A stretch of DNA of 64,000 bases from an uncultured Alphaproteobacteria bacterium (GCA_963819305.1 CAWFVP010000001.1:748131-812130); one strand, 5' to 3'; numbered from the stretch's first letter, positions 49,721-62,757 are shown. The notes: a model not told the origin generated them from the sequence alone. Made by a program: numbers and translations.

Positions 49721-51154
49721 ATGGCGCGGCTGTTCGCCTGGCTGGCGCCGGAGCGGATCTTCCGCTCCGCCGGCGTCCGGTTCGGGGTAATCTATGCCGG
49801 GCTGTTCGGAGCCAGCGCCTTGGCGCTGGCGGCATTCCTGTGGTGGTCGACCGCCGGCCTGCTGGACCGGCAGACCGACAACGCCATCAACGCCGACACC
49901 CAAGGGCTGGCCGAGCGCTTCGTCGAGGGCGGCCGGGCGGGGCTGATCGACACCATCGATCAACGGCTGGCCGGCAATGTCGACGACGACGCGCTGTACC
50001 TGCTGGTCGATCCCCAGTTCCATCGCCTTGCCGGCAACCTCGAGGCCTGGCCATCCGGCCTTACCATGGATATCGACTGGTTCGATCTGCTGATCAGCCG
50101 GGCCGGGGTCCGGGGCCTGGCGCGGGTGCATCATTTCGACCTGCCCGACGGCTACCACCTGCTGATCGGCCGCGATGTCGAAGCGCGCAACCAGCTGCGC
50201 CGGATGCTCAGCGACGCCATGCTGTGGGCCGCCCTGGTGGCGATCGCGCTCGGCTCGGTCGGCGCCTGGGCGGTGCGCGGGCTGTTCCGGGCAACCCTTG
50301 CCGACGTCTCCGAGACGGCGCTCGCGGTCAGCTCCGGCGACCTCTCCAGGCGCGTGAAGGTCACCGGGCATGGCGACGAGTTCGACCTTCTGGCCGAGAC
50401 CATCAACGACATGCTGGACCGGATCGCGCGGCTCATGGACGGGGTCCGGCAGGTGTCGAACGCCATCGCGCATGACCTGCGCACCCCTATCACCCGCGCC
50501 CGGGTGCGGCTGGAGGATGCCGCCACCCACGCGGTAACGGAGACCGACCTGCGCGCCGCGATCGAGCGTGCGCAGGCCGACCTCGACGGGATCGTCGGCG
50601 TGTTCCAGGCATTGCTGCGGATTGCCGAGATCGAGGCGGGGGCGCGCCGCTCCGCGTTCGCGGTGGTCGACGTGGCGCCGCTGCTGCGCGATCTCGCGGA
50701 ACTCTACGACGCGGTGGCCGAATCGCGGGAGCAGCGGCTGGCGGTGACGATCTCGGACGCGATCGAAATTCTCGGCGACCGGGACATGATCCAGCAGGCG
50801 GTCTCCAACCTCCTCGACAACGCGCTGAAGTTCTCCCCGGACGGCAGCGTGGTGCGACTATCCGCAAGCGGCGATGCCGGCGGGGTGTGCATCGAAGTTG
50901 CCGACCAGGGCCCGGGCATTCCGCCCGAGGATCGCGAGCGCGCCACCACCCGGTTTTTTCGTGGCGAGCAGGCGCGCAGCACCCCGGGCTCGGGCCTTGG
51001 CCTGGCGCTGGTGCAGGCGGTGGCGACCCTGCATGGCGGCGCCCTGGTGCTGGAAGATGCCGAGCCCGGGCTGCGTGCGCTGCTGCTGCTGCCCGGCGCC
51101 GGACCCGCACATCCGCCGGAGCCACGACCGGAGCACATCGCCCCGGCCGCGTGA
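49721..51154 (+). CDS. HAMP-domain sensor histidine kinase
   Basis: Two TMs, HAMP, H-box SNAIAHDLRTP, N-box NLLDNALKFSP, G-boxes DQGPGI and GSGLGLALV. An alternative GTG start at 49655 overlaps the regulator stop (GTGA). Confidence 0.85.
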   Translation: MARLFAWLAPERIFRSAGVRFGVIYAGLFGASALALAAFLWWSTAGLLDRQTDNAINADTQGLAERFVEGGRAGLIDTIDQRLAGNVDDDALYLLVDPQFHRLAGNLEAWPSGLTMDIDWFDLLISRAGVRGLARVHHFDLPDGYHLLIGRDVEARNQLRRMLSDAMLWAALVAIALGSVGAWAVRGLFRATLADVSETALAVSSGDLSRRVKVTGHGDEFDLLAETINDMLDRIARLMDGVRQVSNAIAHDLRTPITRARVRLEDAATHAVTETDLRAAIERAQADLDGIVGVFQALLRIAEIEAGARRSAFAVVDVAPLLRDLAELYDAVAESREQRLAVTISDAIEILGDRDMIQQAVSNLLDNALKFSPDGSVVRLSASGDAGGVCIEVADQGPGIPPEDRERATTRFFRGEQARSTPGSGLGLALVQAVATLHGGALVLEDAEPGLRALLLLPGAGPAHPPEPRPEHIAPAA

Positions 51155-51212
51155 ACGCTTGTTCATGCGCTGCCCCCGTGCGCGGTTAGGCAAGGCGGTC
51201 CATACTGGCCCC

Positions 51213-51521
51213 ATGCTGTTTGTGCGCCTCGTCCCTGCGTGGCTGGTTGCCGCGTTGCTCGTGCTTGCGGTGCCCGGGGTCGCGGTCGCCCAGCCCTGGG
51301 AAGGACCGGCGCACCCGCCGATGCCCCTGCTGACCGACACGGCGGAATATTGCTTCTACCTGGCCGGGCGTTTCGTGACGCTGCAGCGCACGGTCGCCGA
51401 ACCCTCGCCCGATGCGCGGCTGCTGGCATTCGAAGGCCGGCGGATGTGCGAGCAGGGCCTGATCATGCCGGGCATCAAGCGGGTGCGGCGCGCGCTGATG
51501 ATCCTGCGATCGCAACGATAG
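51213..51521 (+). CDS. small secreted hypothetical protein (102 aa, two Cys)
   Basis: ATG at 51213 followed by a signal-peptide-like MLFVRLVPAWLVAALLVLAVPGVAVAQ. Lies 58 nt after the kinase gene. No family recognised. Confidence 0.45.
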   Translation: MLFVRLVPAWLVAALLVLAVPGVAVAQPWEGPAHPPMPLLTDTAEYCFYLAGRFVTLQRTVAEPSPDARLLAFEGRRMCEQGLIMPGIKRVRRALMILRSQR

Positions 51522-51544
51522 GCGCAGCGGACCCCGCACCGAAC

Positions 51545-52522
51545 TCAGGTGCTGAAGAAGTCCCGCAGGTTGCGGCGAATCCGCTCCAGCACCGGCTGCC
51601 CCGGATCGGGCGGCTCGAACGCCTCGCCGGTGATCGTTTCGTACACGCCGACATAGATCTTCGCGGCCTCGAGCGTGATGTCGGCGGGGATCTCGGGAAT
51701 CGCATCGACATACGGATCGCAGCGCGCCACCACCCAGTTGCGGACGAAATCCTTGTCGAAGCTGTCGGGCCGCTCGCCGCCTTCGAAGCGCGACTGGTAG
51801 GTTCGGGCGAACCAATAGCGGCTCGAATCCGGCGTATGGATCTCGTCGGCAAGGATGATGTTGCCATCGGCATCGAAGCCGAATTCGTATTTCGTGTCGA
51901 CGAGAATCAGGCCATGCGCACGGGCGATCTCCCGTCCGCGCGCGAACAGCGCCAGCGCTATCTCCGACACCTCGGCCCATTGCGCGGCGGTGAGCAATCC
52001 GCGTTCGATGATCTGCACCGAGGTGAGCTCCTCGTCGTGGCCGGCATCGAACGCCTTCGTGGTCGGGGTGATGATGGTATGCGGCAATTTCTGGTTCGGC
52101 CGCAGGCCGTCATCGAAGCGCGCTCCATACATCTCGCGACGCCCGGCCTGGTACATTGACAGGATCGAGGTGGACGTGGTGCCAGCGAGATAATCGCGGA
52201 CCACCACCTCCACCGGCATGATCGCGAGCCGCCGGCACAGCAGGACATTCGGATCCGGGTAGGCAATGACGTGATTGCGGCAGATGTCGCCGGTGCGGTC
52301 GAACCAGAAGCGCGCGGTCTGGGTCAGCACCTGGCCCTTCAGCGGCACCGCCGTCAGGATGCGGTCGAAGGCACTCAGCCGGTCGGTGGCGATGATGATC
52401 CGTCGGCCATCCGGCAGGTCGTAGTTCTCCCGCACCTTGCCGCGATAATGGTTGGGCAGTTCCGCAATGCCCGCGTCGCGCAGGGCATGGCCCGCGTAGG
52501 CTGCGAATTGTTGCGGTGTCAT
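51545..52522 (-). CDS. purC: phosphoribosylaminoimidazole-succinocarboxamide synthase (long form)
   Basis: [18 protein letters not shown], and VVVRDYLAG...[13 protein letters not shown] blocks. Confidence 0.9.
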   Translation of the reverse strand: MTPQQFAAYAGHALRDAGIAELPNHYRGKVRENYDLPDGRRIIIATDRLSAFDRILTAVPLKGQVLTQTARFWFDRTGDICRNHVIAYPDPNVLLCRRLAIMPVEVVVRDYLAGTTSTSILSMYQAGRREMYGARFDDGLRPNQKLPHTIITPTTKAFDAGHDEELTSVQIIERGLLTAAQWAEVSEIALALFARGREIARAHGLILVDTKYEFGFDADGNIILADEIHTPDSSRYWFARTYQSRFEGGERPDSFDKDFVRNWVVARCDPYVDAIPEIPADITLEAAKIYVGVYETITGEAFEPPDPGQPVLERIRRNLRDFFST

Positions 52523-53220
52523 GGCGCAGGCGGCCGCAGCGTCATGCCGGGTGTCGCCGGCGACAAATCGGTGGGAGACGCGGCCGGTTGCCTGTCCGAA
52601 GGCTGGGTGCCCGGAGGCGGGGCGAGCGTCTGCGTCTCGACGGATGCGGGAAGTGGCGCGTCGGGACTGGTCGCCTGAAGCTGATCGCGCATGCTCCGAC
52701 GAAGCTGGAATTCCAGTTCGACGTTCATCGCGTCCATGAGGGTCCGGGTCAGGTCATACAGGTCCGCGCGTACGGCGTTCTGATCGCGCCCGGTCACCGG
52801 ATGCACGCCGGTGACCTGCGCCTCCGCGGTGCCCAGGCTGTGCTGCTCGTCATCGAACAGATTCAGGTGCACGGCGAACCGGCCCAGATAGGTGCTGCGG
52901 TCCTGGACCAGCGAGGCGTCGTCCACCACGAACAGGCCGTTGCCAGCGCTTCCCGCCGGCACCAGGCGCTGCTGCGCCATCAGGGCCAGCGCCCGCAACG
53001 GCGGCGTCGGCGCCAGGTATTCGACATGCTGTTGGCCGCCGCGAGGCACCCAGTTGGCATCGACATCGATCCGCGCCACGTTCAGCCGCAGCTTGGTCAA
53101 GTAGTCGTAGTCCAGCGGCTGGAAGCTGCGCGGCGGAGCGGACGGGCCGGCGCAACCGGCCAGCGTCGCCGCCAGGGCAACAATGGCGGCCGCCAGCCTC
53201 GGGCGCCCTCTTTGCCGCAT
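52519..53220 (-). CDS. hypothetical lipoprotein
   Basis: [23 protein letters not shown] lipobox from ATG 53220 (the ORF is open to 53268). Its stop overlaps the purC start by 4 nt. Confidence 0.6.
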   Translation of the reverse strand: MRQRGRPRLAAAIVALAATLAGCAGPSAPPRSFQPLDYDYLTKLRLNVARIDVDANWVPRGGQQHVEYLAPTPPLRALALMAQQRLVPAGSAGNGLFVVDDASLVQDRSTYLGRFAVHLNLFDDEQHSLGTAEAQVTGVHPVTGRDQNAVRADLYDLTRTLMDAMNVELEFQLRRSMRDQLQATSPDAPLPASVETQTLAPPPGTQPSDRQPAASPTDLSPATPGMTLRPPAP

Positions 53221-53264
53221 CGGGCGGCTTGGCGCCCCGTCGTTTCGCATTGCGGCCACAGCGC

Positions 53265-54284
53265 TCATCGTTCGGGCTCCAGGCCACGCACCTCGCCGCG
53301 GGGAAAGCGGAAATCGAGGTTGCAGAACTCACAGGTCATGACGATGTCGCCGTCCACCGCCATGTGGTCGAGGTCATCGGAACCGAAGCCCTCCAGGATG
53401 CCGGACAGCCGCTGGCGCGAGCAGCGGCATCCGTATGCCAGCGCCCTCGGCAACTGCACCGCGACCCCTTCGGTGTGGAACAGGCGGTAAAGAAGCCTTT
53501 CCGGCGGCAGATCGTCATCCAGCAGCTCGGCTTCGCTGACCGTGGCCGCGAGGGAGACGGCGGTATGCCACGCGTCTTCCAGATTGGCGTCGTCGAGTTC
53601 CGGGTCGACCCCGCCTTCGCCGGCGACCCGCTCCAGGATCAGGGCGGCAGCGCGCCAGCCGGCCGGGGTCAGGCCGCACGCCAGGTGGATGGCGCAGCGC
53701 AACTGCTCGCTGGTCGCGAAATAATGCAGCGCCATGTCGGCCAGCTCCGGCCCTTCGATCGACACGATCCCCTGGTGCCGGTCGCTGTCGGGCCCGGGGT
53801 CGACCGTGAAGGCAAAGTAGCCCTGGCCCAGCAATGCCGTGGCCGACGGCGCCGGATCGACCTCGAGCAGCGCCTGAAGCCGATCAGCGTCTGCCCTGAC
53901 ATGGCCGCGCAACGCGCCGGTGTCGGTGCAGTCCGCAAGCAGCATCGGCAACGGCCCGTCGCCTTTCGCCTGGAGACTGAACGACCCCTTGAACTTGAGC
54001 GCGCTGGCGAGCGCCGCGGCCAGCGCCATCGCCTGGCCGAGCAGGCGGGTGACGACCGCTTCGTGCCGGTGCCGTGTCAGCAGCGCATCGGCAAGCGGCC
54101 CCAGACGCACCAATCGCCCCCGAACAGGGCGATTCGGCAGGTTGAACGGCATGACCCCGCGGGGAACCACGATGTCGGGAACATCGGGTCGTTCACCGTC
54201 GAGAAAGGCAGGTGTCGGAGCAAGGGGGCGCGGCATGCGGCCAAGATAGGCAAGCCGGAGCCATGCCGCTACCGTCCGCGACAT
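53265..54284 (-). CDS. hslO: Hsp33-family redox-regulated chaperone
   Basis: C-terminal Zn-switch cysteines CRCSR...CEFC, and an Hsp33-like core. The start is probably the internal ATG at 54236, because 54284 overlaps the divergent GNAT ATG. Confidence 0.85.
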   Translation of the reverse strand: MSRTVAAWLRLAYLGRMPRPLAPTPAFLDGERPDVPDIVVPRGVMPFNLPNRPVRGRLVRLGPLADALLTRHRHEAVVTRLLGQAMALAAALASALKFKGSFSLQAKGDGPLPMLLADCTDTGALRGHVRADADRLQALLEVDPAPSATALLGQGYFAFTVDPGPDSDRHQGIVSIEGPELADMALHYFATSEQLRCAIHLACGLTPAGWRAAALILERVAGEGGVDPELDDANLEDAWHTAVSLAATVSEAELLDDDLPPERLLYRLFHTEGVAVQLPRALAYGCRCSRQRLSGILEGFGSDDLDHMAVDGDIVMTCEFCNLDFRFPRGEVRGLEPER

Positions 54285-54792
54285 GCTGGCGACCGATCAA
54301 TATCGCATGCGTCAACTGCGCGCCGAAGACGCCGAGGCGGCGGCCTGCCTGATCCGTTCGGCCTTTGCGAAGCTGTCCGGTTTCGTCGATCCACCCCCGT
54401 CGGCTCTTCGCGAGACCGCCGAGGCCGTCGCCAGCCGAATTCTCGAAGGCGGTGGAGCGGCCGCCGAGGCAACAGCCGGGATCGTCGGCGTGGCGCTTTG
54501 GACACCAACCGAGCGCGGATTGTACGTGTCCCGCGTGTCTGTCGCCCCGCGGTGGCGAGGTCGCGGCATCGCGCGGGCGCTGCTAGAGGCGGCAGAAACG
54601 GCAGCTGTCGAGACAGGGCTGCCGGCCTTGTGGCTCTCAGTTCGGCTGGCACTGACGCACAACCGGCGCCTTTTCTCAGCCGCCGGCTACGTCGAGACGA
54701 CCCGTCACGCGCATGAAGGGCACTCCATGCCCACCTACGTGGACATGGAGAAGCATCTCACGGCGAAAGAGCCAATTCCGGGTTCGCGATGA
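54283..54792 (+). CDS. GNAT-family N-acetyltransferase
   Basis: Acetyl-CoA motif VAPRWRGRGIARALL. An alternative start lies at 54307. Confidence 0.75.
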   Translation: MLATDQYRMRQLRAEDAEAAACLIRSAFAKLSGFVDPPPSALRETAEAVASRILEGGGAAAEATAGIVGVALWTPTERGLYVSRVSVAPRWRGRGIARALLEAAETAAVETGLPALWLSVRLALTHNRRLFSAAGYVETTRHAHEGHSMPTYVDMEKHLTAKEPIPGSR

Positions 54793-54828
54793 CCCCGGCC
54801 GCCCTTCCGGACGATCGCGTTTGCGTGA

Positions 54829-55212
54829 TCAGCCGTTGGCGGCGCGGCGCGTGGTCTCGTGGCCCGACTTCTTGGTCGAAGCCGCTTCGGCCATGATGCC
54901 CCGCAGATCACGCAGGAACGCGGTGCCCTTCAGCGTCCGTTGCACCAGCACGCTGCGGCGATCCATCGGGTCCACCTTGCGGCGGGCCAGATCCAGTTCG
55001 CCCAAGCGGTCCAGCGCGCGGGTGATCGCGGGCTTCGAGACATTGAGGTCTGCAGCAAGGCCACGGACGGTGTGGCCTCCATCCTGCAGGTAGCAGGTCA
55101 GGAACACGCCGAGCTGGCGTGCCGAAAGGTCGGCACCATCGCGCCGCACTAGGGCAACGACAGTATCGCGGAGGATTCCGACCAATTGGTCTGAAGACGG
55201 ATTAACAGCCAT
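54829..55212 (-). CDS. MarR-family transcriptional regulator
   Basis: Winged-HTH LAADLNVSKPAITRALDRLGELDLARRKVDPMDRRSVLV. Confidence 0.8.
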   Translation of the reverse strand: MAVNPSSDQLVGILRDTVVALVRRDGADLSARQLGVFLTCYLQDGGHTVRGLAADLNVSKPAITRALDRLGELDLARRKVDPMDRRSVLVQRTLKGTAFLRDLRGIMAEAASTKKSGHETTRRAANG

Positions 55213-55401
55213 ATCTCTATCCTTTTTCTCGCGGGCAACCATTCCGGTTTCCGCAGGCGTCACGAGGGACGCGGTTTTCAGGCCCCCTATGGGGGTTCTT
55301 CGTCGGCTCGATCCTGGTCTTAGCCGCCATCGAATCCTAGCTTAGCCGTTGCCGATTCCTACCAATACACGCTTTCACGTTACCGGATGATTTCGAACGC
55401 C

Positions 55402-56784
55402 TTACGAGAGACTGATTCGTTGCTCGATAGCAGCGGAAACGGCACGCATCCCCAGGGCTTCTCCCCCCTCTGGTCGACCAGGCCTTGTCGCGTCGTTCCA
55501 TGCATACAAATCCAGATGTGCCCAACTCGTTCCGGGCGCGAGGAAGCGTCGCATGAACAGCGCTGCAACGACGGCCCCGGCGAAAGGCCGCGACGACACG
55601 TTGTTGAGATCCGCTATCGAGCTGTCCAGCCACGAATCGTAACCGTCCCACAATGGCAGCCGCCACATCGGATCGAACTGTTCAGTGCCTGCTTGTAACA
55701 ATGCATTTGCCCAACCATCGTCGGTTGCGAACAATGCAGGCAAATCGGGGCCAGTTGCCACCCGGGCGGCGCCGGTCAGCGTCGCACAATCCAAAACGAG
55801 TTCGGGCTTTTCGTCCGAGGTTTCCGCCAGCAGGTCGCACAGCACCAAGCGGCCCTCCGCGTCGGTATTTCCCACCTCGACGGTCAGCCCGCGCCTGGTT
55901 CGAAGCACATCGAGCGGTCGGAAGGCGTTGCCAGAGACGCTGTTCTCGACACAGCCGATGCGAACCACAAGGCGGAGCGGCAGGTCGGCTTCCATCAGGA
56001 TGCGGGCGATGCCGAGCACCGTCGCGGCACCTCCCATGTCCTTCTTCATGCGCAACATGCCCGACGAGGGCTTCAGGTCGTAGCCGCCGGAATCGAAACA
56101 GACCCCCTTGCCACACAGCGCGATCAATTTACTGCTAGCGGTCGCCTTGCTGCCACGCCAGGAGAAACCAGCGACCACCGGAGAGCGCGCCGAGCCGGCG
56201 CCGACCGCGGCGATCGTGGGGTAGTCGGCGGCCAGCTGCTCGCCCTCGACGCGGATCGTCTCCGCGCCGTGCCGCTTGCCCAGAGCCACCGCGACATCGG
56301 CGAGCTCCGCCGGACCCAGCAGGTTTGCCGGCGTGTTCACAAGATCGCGAACCATCCATGTTGCCGCAGCCTGCGACAGCGCGCGGGCCTGTCCATCGGG
56401 AACCGCGAGCCGCGCCGGCGGCCGCTTCGGCGCCTTGAAAGCCGCGAATCGATACCCGCCGAGGCAGAAGCCGAGCACGGCACCTGCCATGTCGAACGCT
56501 CCGGGCTCGATCCGCCAAGCGCCTTCGGGAAGTCGAAACGCCAAAGAACCGAATGCGAAGGGAGACCGGTCATCGCCCAGGCCGAGCACCGCGCGCTCGA
56601 CTCCGTCAGCGCCCGGCAACAGCACAAGCTCGTCGGGTTTGGCCGCGAACCCGGCGCCGCGCAGGTATGCCGCCTGCGCCGGCAGCAGTGAGTCCAGGAA
56701 GGATTGCAACTCCGTGGGTCGCAGCGCATGCAGCGGCCGGCTGCTTTCGCCGGCTTCGGCGCAAGGGAGCTTTTGCTCAATCAT
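55402..56784 (-). CDS. M17 leucyl-aminopeptidase-family protein
   Basis: GKGVCFDSGGYDLK, MKKDMGGAA, and the NTDAEGRLVLCD signature. Confidence 0.85.
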   Translation of the reverse strand: MIEQKLPCAEAGESSRPLHALRPTELQSFLDSLLPAQAAYLRGAGFAAKPDELVLLPGADGVERAVLGLGDDRSPFAFGSLAFRLPEGAWRIEPGAFDMAGAVLGFCLGGYRFAAFKAPKRPPARLAVPDGQARALSQAAATWMVRDLVNTPANLLGPAELADVAVALGKRHGAETIRVEGEQLAADYPTIAAVGAGSARSPVVAGFSWRGSKATASSKLIALCGKGVCFDSGGYDLKPSSGMLRMKKDMGGAATVLGIARILMEADLPLRLVVRIGCVENSVSGNAFRPLDVLRTRRGLTVEVGNTDAEGRLVLCDLLAETSDEKPELVLDCATLTGAARVATGPDLPALFATDDGWANALLQAGTEQFDPMWRLPLWDGYDSWLDSSIADLNNVSSRPFAGAVVAALFMRRFLAPGTSWAHLDLYAWNDATRPGRPEGGEALGMRAVSAAIEQRISLS

Positions 56785-56970
56785 GACGCTGGCTGACTGT
56801 AATCATCGTAATGTGGCAACCAGATTTCATTTCGTTCAACATGATGAAGTGGCACGGACGCCGGGCGCTGCAAGCGACATTCACCTGAACGGGCGTAATC
56901 CGTGTCGATTTGACGGCGATTTGACTCTTGCGTGGCACTACCGGGGCGGAATTAACATTTCGAAGTGGGA

Positions 56971-58911
56971 TCACCTTGCGGCGCTTGTTGCCAGTGCCGC
57001 CTCGATTCGCCGCGCGAACCCGGCCGGGTCCCGCGGCAACTCGCCGTCCTGCACCCGTGCCAGATCAAGAAGCAGGCCCGCCTGTTCGGTGATATCGCCG
57101 CCGGCGGCCAGCGTCGCCGCGAGCGCCGCGATCAACTTGTGCCGCGGATTGATCTCCAGAACCGGCGGCGCCGAGAAGCTCGCGCGCCCGGCCCGGCGCA
57201 TCAGCCGCTGCATCTGCAGATCCGGCCCGGCGTTGCCGGCGGCCAGCACCACGGCGCTGTCGACCAGGCGATCCGTGGTGCGCACGTCGGAGGCCTCGCC
57301 GGACAAGGCGGCCTTCAGCGCCGTGACCAGCGCCTCGGCGTCGATCGCCTCGCCGTCCACGCCGTCGGGCGCTGCCAGTTTCGAGAGGTCGGCGACGCCG
57401 CGGGTGGCGCTGCGGATAGGCTTGCCCTCGAACTCGGCCAGCCGGTCCGGCCAGAAGGCGTCGATCGAGTCGGCCAGCAGCAAGACCTCGACACCGCGGG
57501 CGCGGAAGCCTTCCAACTGCGCCGAGCGCGCCAGGACCGCGGTATCGTCCCCGGCCAGGTAGTAGATCGCCTCCTGGCCGTCCTTCATCCGCGCGACGTA
57601 GTCCGCCAGCGAGGTCCAGCCTTCGACCGCGGTGGACTTGAAGCGCATCAGCGGCGCCAGTTCGGCCCGGTGCTCGCTGTCTTCCCAAACGCCTTCCTTC
57701 AGCACCGAACCGAAGTTCTCCCAGAAGCTCGCGTAATCGTCGGTCTCGGCGCCGGTGTCCGTTTCGGCCGTCTCACCTTCCGCGGTCTCGCCATCTTTGG
57801 CGGCAGCGTCCCTGGCGTCGGACGCCTTGGCCTTCGACTTCAGTTCGGTCAGCACCCGATTGGTGACGGCGCGGCGGATGCGCGCGAGCACCGGGGTGGT
57901 CTGCAGCATCTCCCGCGACACGTTCAGCGGCAAATCCTCGGTATCGACCACGCCCTGCACGAAGCGCAGCCAAGGCGGCAGGAGTTCGGCGGCGTCGGTG
58001 ATGAACATGCGGCGGACATGCAGCCGCACCTTGGAGGTGCGCTCGTGCTCGACCGGCTCGAACGGTTTCATCCCGGGAATGAACAGCAGCGCGTAGAATT
58101 CCATTGCCCCTTCGGCGCGCCAGTGCAGCACCGTCCAGGGCTTGTCGAACATGTTGCCGATATGGCGATAGAATTCGGTGTAGGCCTGTTCACTGACCTC
58201 GGATTTGGGCTTGCGCCACAACGCGGTGCCTTCGTTGGCCGGCAGGTCCTTGCCGTCCTGGGCGATGGTGATCGGCAAGGTGATGTGGTCGGCCCATTTG
58301 CGCACCACAGCCTCGAGCCGGGTCGGGTCGAGATATTCGTCGGCGTCGGCCTTCAGGTGCAGCACGATGTCGGTGCCGGGCGTCTCCCGGGTCGCCGGTG
58401 CGATGGTGTAGCCGCCGCGGCCATCCGAGGCCCAGGTCCAGGCGGCATCGGTCCCGGCCTTGCGGCTGGTCACCTCGACGCGGTCGGCGACCATGAAGGC
58501 CGAGTAGAAGCCGACGCCGAACTGGCCGATCAGGCTGGGGCGGTCCTCGGGCTTGGCCGCTGCCAGGGTCTCGCCGAAGGCGCGCGTGCCGGAGCGGGCG
58601 ATGGTGCCGAGATTGGAGATCATCTCCTCGCGGGTCATGCCGATGCCGTCGTCGGCGATGGTCAGCAGGCGCCCCGGTTTGTCCGGCAGGATCTTCACCT
58701 TGGCCGCCTCGGGGGGCGCCAGCTCCGGTTGGGTCAGGCTCTCGAAGCGCCGCCGGTCGGTGGCGTCGGCGGCGTTCGCCACCAGTTCCCGCAGGAATAT
58801 CTCCCGCTCCGAGTAGAGGGAGTGCACCACGAGGTCGAGCAACCGGCCGACTTCGGCCTCGAAACCGTGGGTTTCAACCTGTTTGTCCTCGTTGGTCGGC
58901 GCGTCGGTCAT
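56971..58911 (-). CDS. htpG: molecular chaperone HtpG (Hsp90)
   Basis: [45 protein letters not shown]. 646 aa. Confidence 0.95.
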   Translation of the reverse strand: MTDAPTNEDKQVETHGFEAEVGRLLDLVVHSLYSEREIFLRELVANAADATDRRRFESLTQPELAPPEAAKVKILPDKPGRLLTIADDGIGMTREEMISNLGTIARSGTRAFGETLAAAKPEDRPSLIGQFGVGFYSAFMVADRVEVTSRKAGTDAAWTWASDGRGGYTIAPATRETPGTDIVLHLKADADEYLDPTRLEAVVRKWADHITLPITIAQDGKDLPANEGTALWRKPKSEVSEQAYTEFYRHIGNMFDKPWTVLHWRAEGAMEFYALLFIPGMKPFEPVEHERTSKVRLHVRRMFITDAAELLPPWLRFVQGVVDTEDLPLNVSREMLQTTPVLARIRRAVTNRVLTELKSKAKASDARDAAAKDGETAEGETAETDTGAETDDYASFWENFGSVLKEGVWEDSEHRAELAPLMRFKSTAVEGWTSLADYVARMKDGQEAIYYLAGDDTAVLARSAQLEGFRARGVEVLLLADSIDAFWPDRLAEFEGKPIRSATRGVADLSKLAAPDGVDGEAIDAEALVTALKAALSGEASDVRTTDRLVDSAVVLAAGNAGPDLQMQRLMRRAGRASFSAPPVLEINPRHKLIAALAATLAAGGDITEQAGLLLDLARVQDGELPRDPAGFARRIEAALATSAAR

Positions 58912-58951
58912 GCTGGAAAGTCCTGAAAGAGATGGTCGCGTATCGGTTGCG

Positions 58952-58980
58952 CATATGTACTACGCCGTTCGCGAGTTCAA
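58952..58980 (-). promoter_or_regulatory. candidate sigma-32 (RpoH)-type promoter for htpG
   Basis: The minus strand reads TTGAAC-N17-CATATG about 35-65 nt upstream of the htpG ATG. This resembles the heat-shock consensus CTTGAA-N16/17-CCCCATnT / CYTATnT. It is a pattern match only. Confidence 0.3.
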
Positions 58981-59069
58981 TGCAGCCCAGCGCCGCCCGG
59001 GCCCGGGTCGGCCGCGCAACAGGCACCTCCGCACTTGCTTTCCCAGCCGCCAGACCCAACCATTCACCC

Positions 59070-61594
<2,525 letters not shown>

Positions 61595-61598
<4 letters not shown>

Positions 61599-61913
61599 GT
61601 TCGCGCTTGGAAGCCGACGCGCGCGGCAATGCCGGGGAGGACCGCGGCTGGCAGCGGCTCGACAAATACCTGTGGTGTGCCCGCTTTCTTCGCGCCCGGG
61701 CCGATTGCACCCGGCTAGTGGAACAAGGCGGCCTGCGCATCAACCGGCAGCCCACCGACAAGGCGCATGCACGGCTGCGGATCGGCGACGTGGTGACGGT
61801 GCCGCTGCATGGCGGCCGGGTGCGGGTGATCGAGGGTACTGGCGCTCGCCGAGCGACGCGGTCCTGCCAGCGAGGCCGCGGCCCTGTATCGGGAAATTCC
61901 CGAGGAGGCATGA
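61595..61913 (+). pseudogene. S4-domain RNA-binding protein (Hsp15-like), one net +1 frameshift near 61835
   Basis: The ATG overlaps the helicase stop (ATGA). QRLDKYLWCARFLRARADCTRLVEQGGLRINRQ is an S4 fold. Removing one G from the GGG run at 61834-61836 restores ...VRVIE-VLALAERRGPASEAAALYREIPEEA-stop at 61911-61913. Confidence 0.75.
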
Positions 61914-62090
61914 CGGAATTCGCGGGAAGGCACGCCTGGCCGCAAAGGTTTGCCGCAGTGCAACGCGAACCCTTGCGGTTGCCGCCGAACGGCTGCATAT
62001 CCCGGTTCCGAAGCGGCGGCCCCGACCGGAGGGCTCCGGTTTGAAACGCCTTGCCCCACCCGGCCGAACGGCTGCATCCAGGAGTAGACG

Positions 62091-62423
62091 ATGACCTACG
62101 TGGTCACCGATGCCTGCATTCGCTGCAAATACATGGACTGCGTGGAAGTCTGCCCCGTCGACTGCTTCTATGTCGGCGAGAACATGCTGGTCATTCATCC
62201 CGACGAATGCATCGACTGCGGCGTCTGCGAGCCGGAATGCCCGGCCGAGGCGATTGTCCCCGACAGCGACGACCGGGCGGCAGCTTGGGGCGAGCAGAAC
62301 CGTCAATATGCGACGCTGTGGCCGAACATCACCCGCAAGGGCGAACCTCCCGCCGATGCCGAGGATTGGAAGGGAAAGCCGGACAAGGCGGAACTGTTTT
62401 CCCCCGAGCCGGGCACGCCCTGA
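62091..62423 (+). CDS. fdxA: 7Fe ferredoxin (3Fe-4S plus 4Fe-4S)
   Basis: [26 protein letters not shown]...[17 protein letters not shown] lies 6 nt upstream. Confidence 0.9.
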   Translation: MTYVVTDACIRCKYMDCVEVCPVDCFYVGENMLVIHPDECIDCGVCEPECPAEAIVPDSDDRAAAWGEQNRQYATLWPNITRKGEPPADAEDWKGKPDKAELFSPEPGTP

Positions 62424-62545
62424 GCAACCGATGCGTGACCAGGGTGGCCCGTGAGGGTTGCGCCTGGAGGTTGCAGTAACAAAGTGTTATGCAGGAGGCG
62501 CGGGGGTGGACCCGTTGACCCGCAGGGATATTACGTCGAACACAC

Positions 62546-62574
62546 CTGACTTGGCGTGAAAAACGTGGTATTAT
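62546..62574 (+). promoter_or_regulatory. candidate sigma-70-type promoter
   Basis: CTGACT-N17-TATTAT in a 334-bp non-coding gap, about 180 nt upstream of ATG 62758. Pattern match only. Confidence 0.3.
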
Positions 62575-62757
62575 CCGTGTGTTGGTACGGGTAAGGCTGT
62601 CTCTCCGGCGAATTCCTGCACCTCCTCCACGCGGATCCGATCGTGCCACAGCTGCGCCGTCCGGGATTCACCGGCTGCGCCGAAGGGGCCACTTGCATCC
62701 CGGGATCGCGTGCAGCAGCCGGGGCCTGGGTGACTGATTGGGAATGCGAGGTTCGAC

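Noticed and set aside
54281-54286. Divergent hslO and GNAT start codons sharing bases (CATG)
   Set aside because: Overlapping divergent starts would leave no promoter space. It is more likely that the internal ATGs (54236 for hslO, 54307 for GNAT) are used. This is an annotation ambiguity, not a biological oddity.
55281-55300. Hairpin GGCCCCC-TAT-GGGGG(T)TCTT considered as a terminator
   Set aside because: On the minus strand, where the M17 peptidase gene ends, it is not followed by a U-run. On the plus strand no gene ends upstream of it. It lies in the marR leader and promoter region, and I cannot support a function.
56965-58926. 653-aa plus-strand ORF
   Set aside because: It lies exactly antisense to htpG, whose Hsp90 motifs are unambiguous. 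The translation is low-complexity and Arg/Gly-rich.
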